NCBI GenBank assembly: GCA_030704615.1 | Contig: CM060732.1 | Location: 7,936,001 to 8,000,000 of the forward strand | Source: Takakia lepidozioides | Lineage: Eukaryota; Plantae; Bryophyta | Direction: 5' to 3' | DNA: 64,000 nt | In this document: in pieces, positions 61,501-64,000 of the stretch | How positions within the stretch are numbered: position 1 is the first letter of the stretch | How the letters are laid out: every line of letters begins with the position of its first letter | The notes under the pieces: model-generated | Seen by the model: only the letters and a program-made list of their open reading frames with translations | What the model was told of the DNA's origin: nothing | The model's database searches: none | Program-made: the position numbers and the translations under genes

Positions 61501-64000
61501 CTTGGTTTCTCTGGGTGTGTGGCAGACTTGGAGTGAAGAGATTGAAATGGTCCGAAAACTCAAAGTAGAAGTCAATGATCTAACAGGACATTTGAATGGT
61601 GTTCACTTCAACTACAGTAATCCAACACAAGATTTTGATCGGTCTAGTGTGAAGGGAGTAGTGGCCCGCCTTCTTCGTGTCAAAGATGCCTCTACAATGA
61701 CAGCTCTAGAGGTGGATTTAGCTATTCTTGTTGTACATCTTCTTTTGGGCCCATACGGCTACAGCTTTGAACTTCTTACAGTTCGATGTTCTGCAATCTA
61801 GGGACAAGATTTGGCTTTTGAGCATTCTGACTAGTATTTCTCACATTCTGTTGTGTGGGAACTCTGATAGGGTATATTATACTATCTATTTTTGTGGAAT
61901 CAGTATGATCTTTTAATCCAATACCCATCTTCACGTTTAGTTCCTGTACGACCAGTTCTAATGTTTTCCGTGTGATTCATGACCAGGTTGCTGCAGCAGG
62001 AAAGTTGTTCAATGTTATAGTGGACACAGAGCAGATAGGGAAGCTACTGCTTGAGAAAGGTGGGCTCGAGCGCCGGATAACGATTATCCCTCTCAACAAG
62101 ATTCATGCCTTTGGCATTCCTTCAAGGACACAAACAGCAGCTGCCAAGCTAGTAAGCTATATCTCTCTGGGAGCTTTGTCGAAATAGCTTTCACAAAAAT
62201 GTCACATTATGTCTTAATTCAGGCTAGATAGCCTTGTTGCTTTGTGGCTGAATTGCCTTGTGATTGTTTGGCTCTCAAATCATCTCTGCAGTCATATTTC
62301 CGTGCTTCCCTTTTTCCTCGTTCAAATGTTGAATATGATAAAAAGAAATGTAGGATCTGAGGATGTTGTGGACAAGACCAGGCACCATTTATTGCAGTTT
62401 TTGTTAATTGACTAAATTCAAACACCCTTGTGCTCTGTGAGTGTTTTTAATCTGTATAACAAAATAGCTGTTTGGCTCTTGTTCCTGCAGGTAGGGTTCG
62501 ACAATGCAAGGACTGCACTCTCGCTTGTTGGCTATGCAGAAGAGCTTGAGGTTTGGAGTCCCTCTCATACATTGTAGTATGCAAGGTCATTTGTTCAGAA
62601 ATTATATATTGGATGAAATCTCACCAAGTCAGTCAGTCCTAAGTGAAGGACAACATCAATGTGGTTGCAAATCTTTCCACTGGTCACGCTATTAAGATCT
62701 TGTATCTTGACTTGTGTTCTTTCCAAACCCAGGCAGCAATGGCTTTTGTTTTTGGAGGCACTTTTGTTTGCAACAACATGGATACAGCCAAACAGGTGAC
62801 TCTTCAAGGCACCTCAGTTTACTAAGTGGTGAATCCTCTTCTTTTGAGGTTCCTTGCTTCCTCTTTGAGCTTTCTGCGGACATAAAAAATTATCTTCTCA
62901 TTTTATTTCTTCTTTGACATTTCATTTCTTGACAGGTTGGTATTGCTCATTACAGGCATTGGTTGCTTGTTTTTGGTGGGAAGGTGGCATTTCATAGAGA
63001 TGTAATGACCAGATCTGTAACCCTAGATGGGGACATCTTTGAACCCAGAGGTCTCCTTACAGGAGGCTGTCGCAGGTGAAAATCTACCTTCTATTCTAGC
63101 AAGCAAGAGCTCAGTGAATTTGATAATTTGTGATGTCAAGGGAAGTCTGTTGTGTAATTTAGCTCAAAATGAGGTTTTACTGAGGTTCCTGCCAAATATT
63201 CGCTCTCAGGATTTAGATAATACTATTTCTTTCAGAATTGTTTTCCTGCTTAGCAAAAGCACCTAGCATCCCCAAGGCTGCATCTTCAATCTCTTCGGCA
63301 CACAGGGGTGGTGGTGAACTTCTCAAGCGCCTTGACACTTTGGCTGAAGCTGAAGCCAACCTTGCTGTGCATCAGAGGAAGCTTGCAGAAGTCGAGGCTG
63401 AGGTAGATTCTCAACAGATTCATGTATGCTATTACATAAACACTTTACTGCAAATGTGAAGAGCCTCAAAGAAGATGGATTTCATAGGTTTGGGTTTTTA
63501 TAGGTTTGGTGGGCCACATGGACCAACTTTCATGAGGTGTATACTAATAATACACATCCCCTATGAGGGGTTGATGGAGTCAGTGGCAAGTTACAGCAGT
63601 TCAATGATGATGTTGGTGGTCTGATACTACTCACATGGATATATGTACATCAGTGGAAGGGATCTGTCCTTTCTACCTTGATACATTCTTTGTAGTGGCT
63701 TTTGACGAAGTCCATCTTAAGCAATTGCTTGCTCTTGGTCCAGTGAACTGCTAAAGTTGCTGCTGGTATGGCAGGTTGCTCTTTTGGCTCCTTCAGAGAA
63801 AAAATTCTCTCACCTCAAATCACAACTGGAGCTACAGACATATGATCTTACACTCTTCGAAAACCGTGCTCAGCAAAGTGAGCACCACAAGGTTAGCACC
63901 CCCCTGTTCTGGTCTATCCATCTCCTGCTTGTGAGTGAGCACAGCTGTCAATTATAGCTTCCTGTGTCCATGGAAGCAGTCTGAAGGAGCATCGTGTAGG
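58580..64000 (+). CDS. SMC2: Structural maintenance of chromosomes 2 (condensin), 5' part; continues past the window end
   Basis: [67 protein letters not shown], hinge [34 protein letters not shown]; exons 58580-58897, 59287-59967 and onward. Confidence 0.97.

Noticed and set aside
54004-64000. KASI-SMC2 functional cluster
   Set aside because: Unrelated housekeeping genes; divergent adjacency is common.

Overview
Eukaryotic, intron-rich land-plant genomic DNA, most likely a non-seed plant (inferred from TE families and PLS-type PPR fragments). Host genes: a plastid-targeted bacterial-type M16 peptidase-like gene lacking HXXEH (6087-15388, +), an OCA/SIW14-type tyrosine phosphatase (39906-41557, +), the 3' half of a ZNF830/CCDC16-like gene (~51314-52592, +), plastid KAS I (54004-57755, -) and, head-to-head with it, condensin SMC2 (58580->64000, +). 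The rest is nested mobile DNA: a Ty3/gypsy element interrupted by an 819-bp CACTA, an intronic LINE, a pogo-like and a MULE transposase, and a 22.6-kb block bounded by ~0.7-0.85-kb inverted repeats. That block holds mosaic LTRs with a PHD-finger integrase tail and a minisatellite, a decayed UPF1/SEN1-like helicase, and a 9.4-kb 'Pack-CACTA' carrying Sec13, EF-Tu, PPR and gypsy pol fragments. The strongest novelty candidates are two 5'-truncated copies of an RNase H + CCHC + restriction-like-endonuclease non-LTR retrotransposon (Dualen/RandI-like) with a conserved structured 3' RNA, the Pack-CACTA, and the giant inverted-repeat element. All calls are by eye; no database searches were run.
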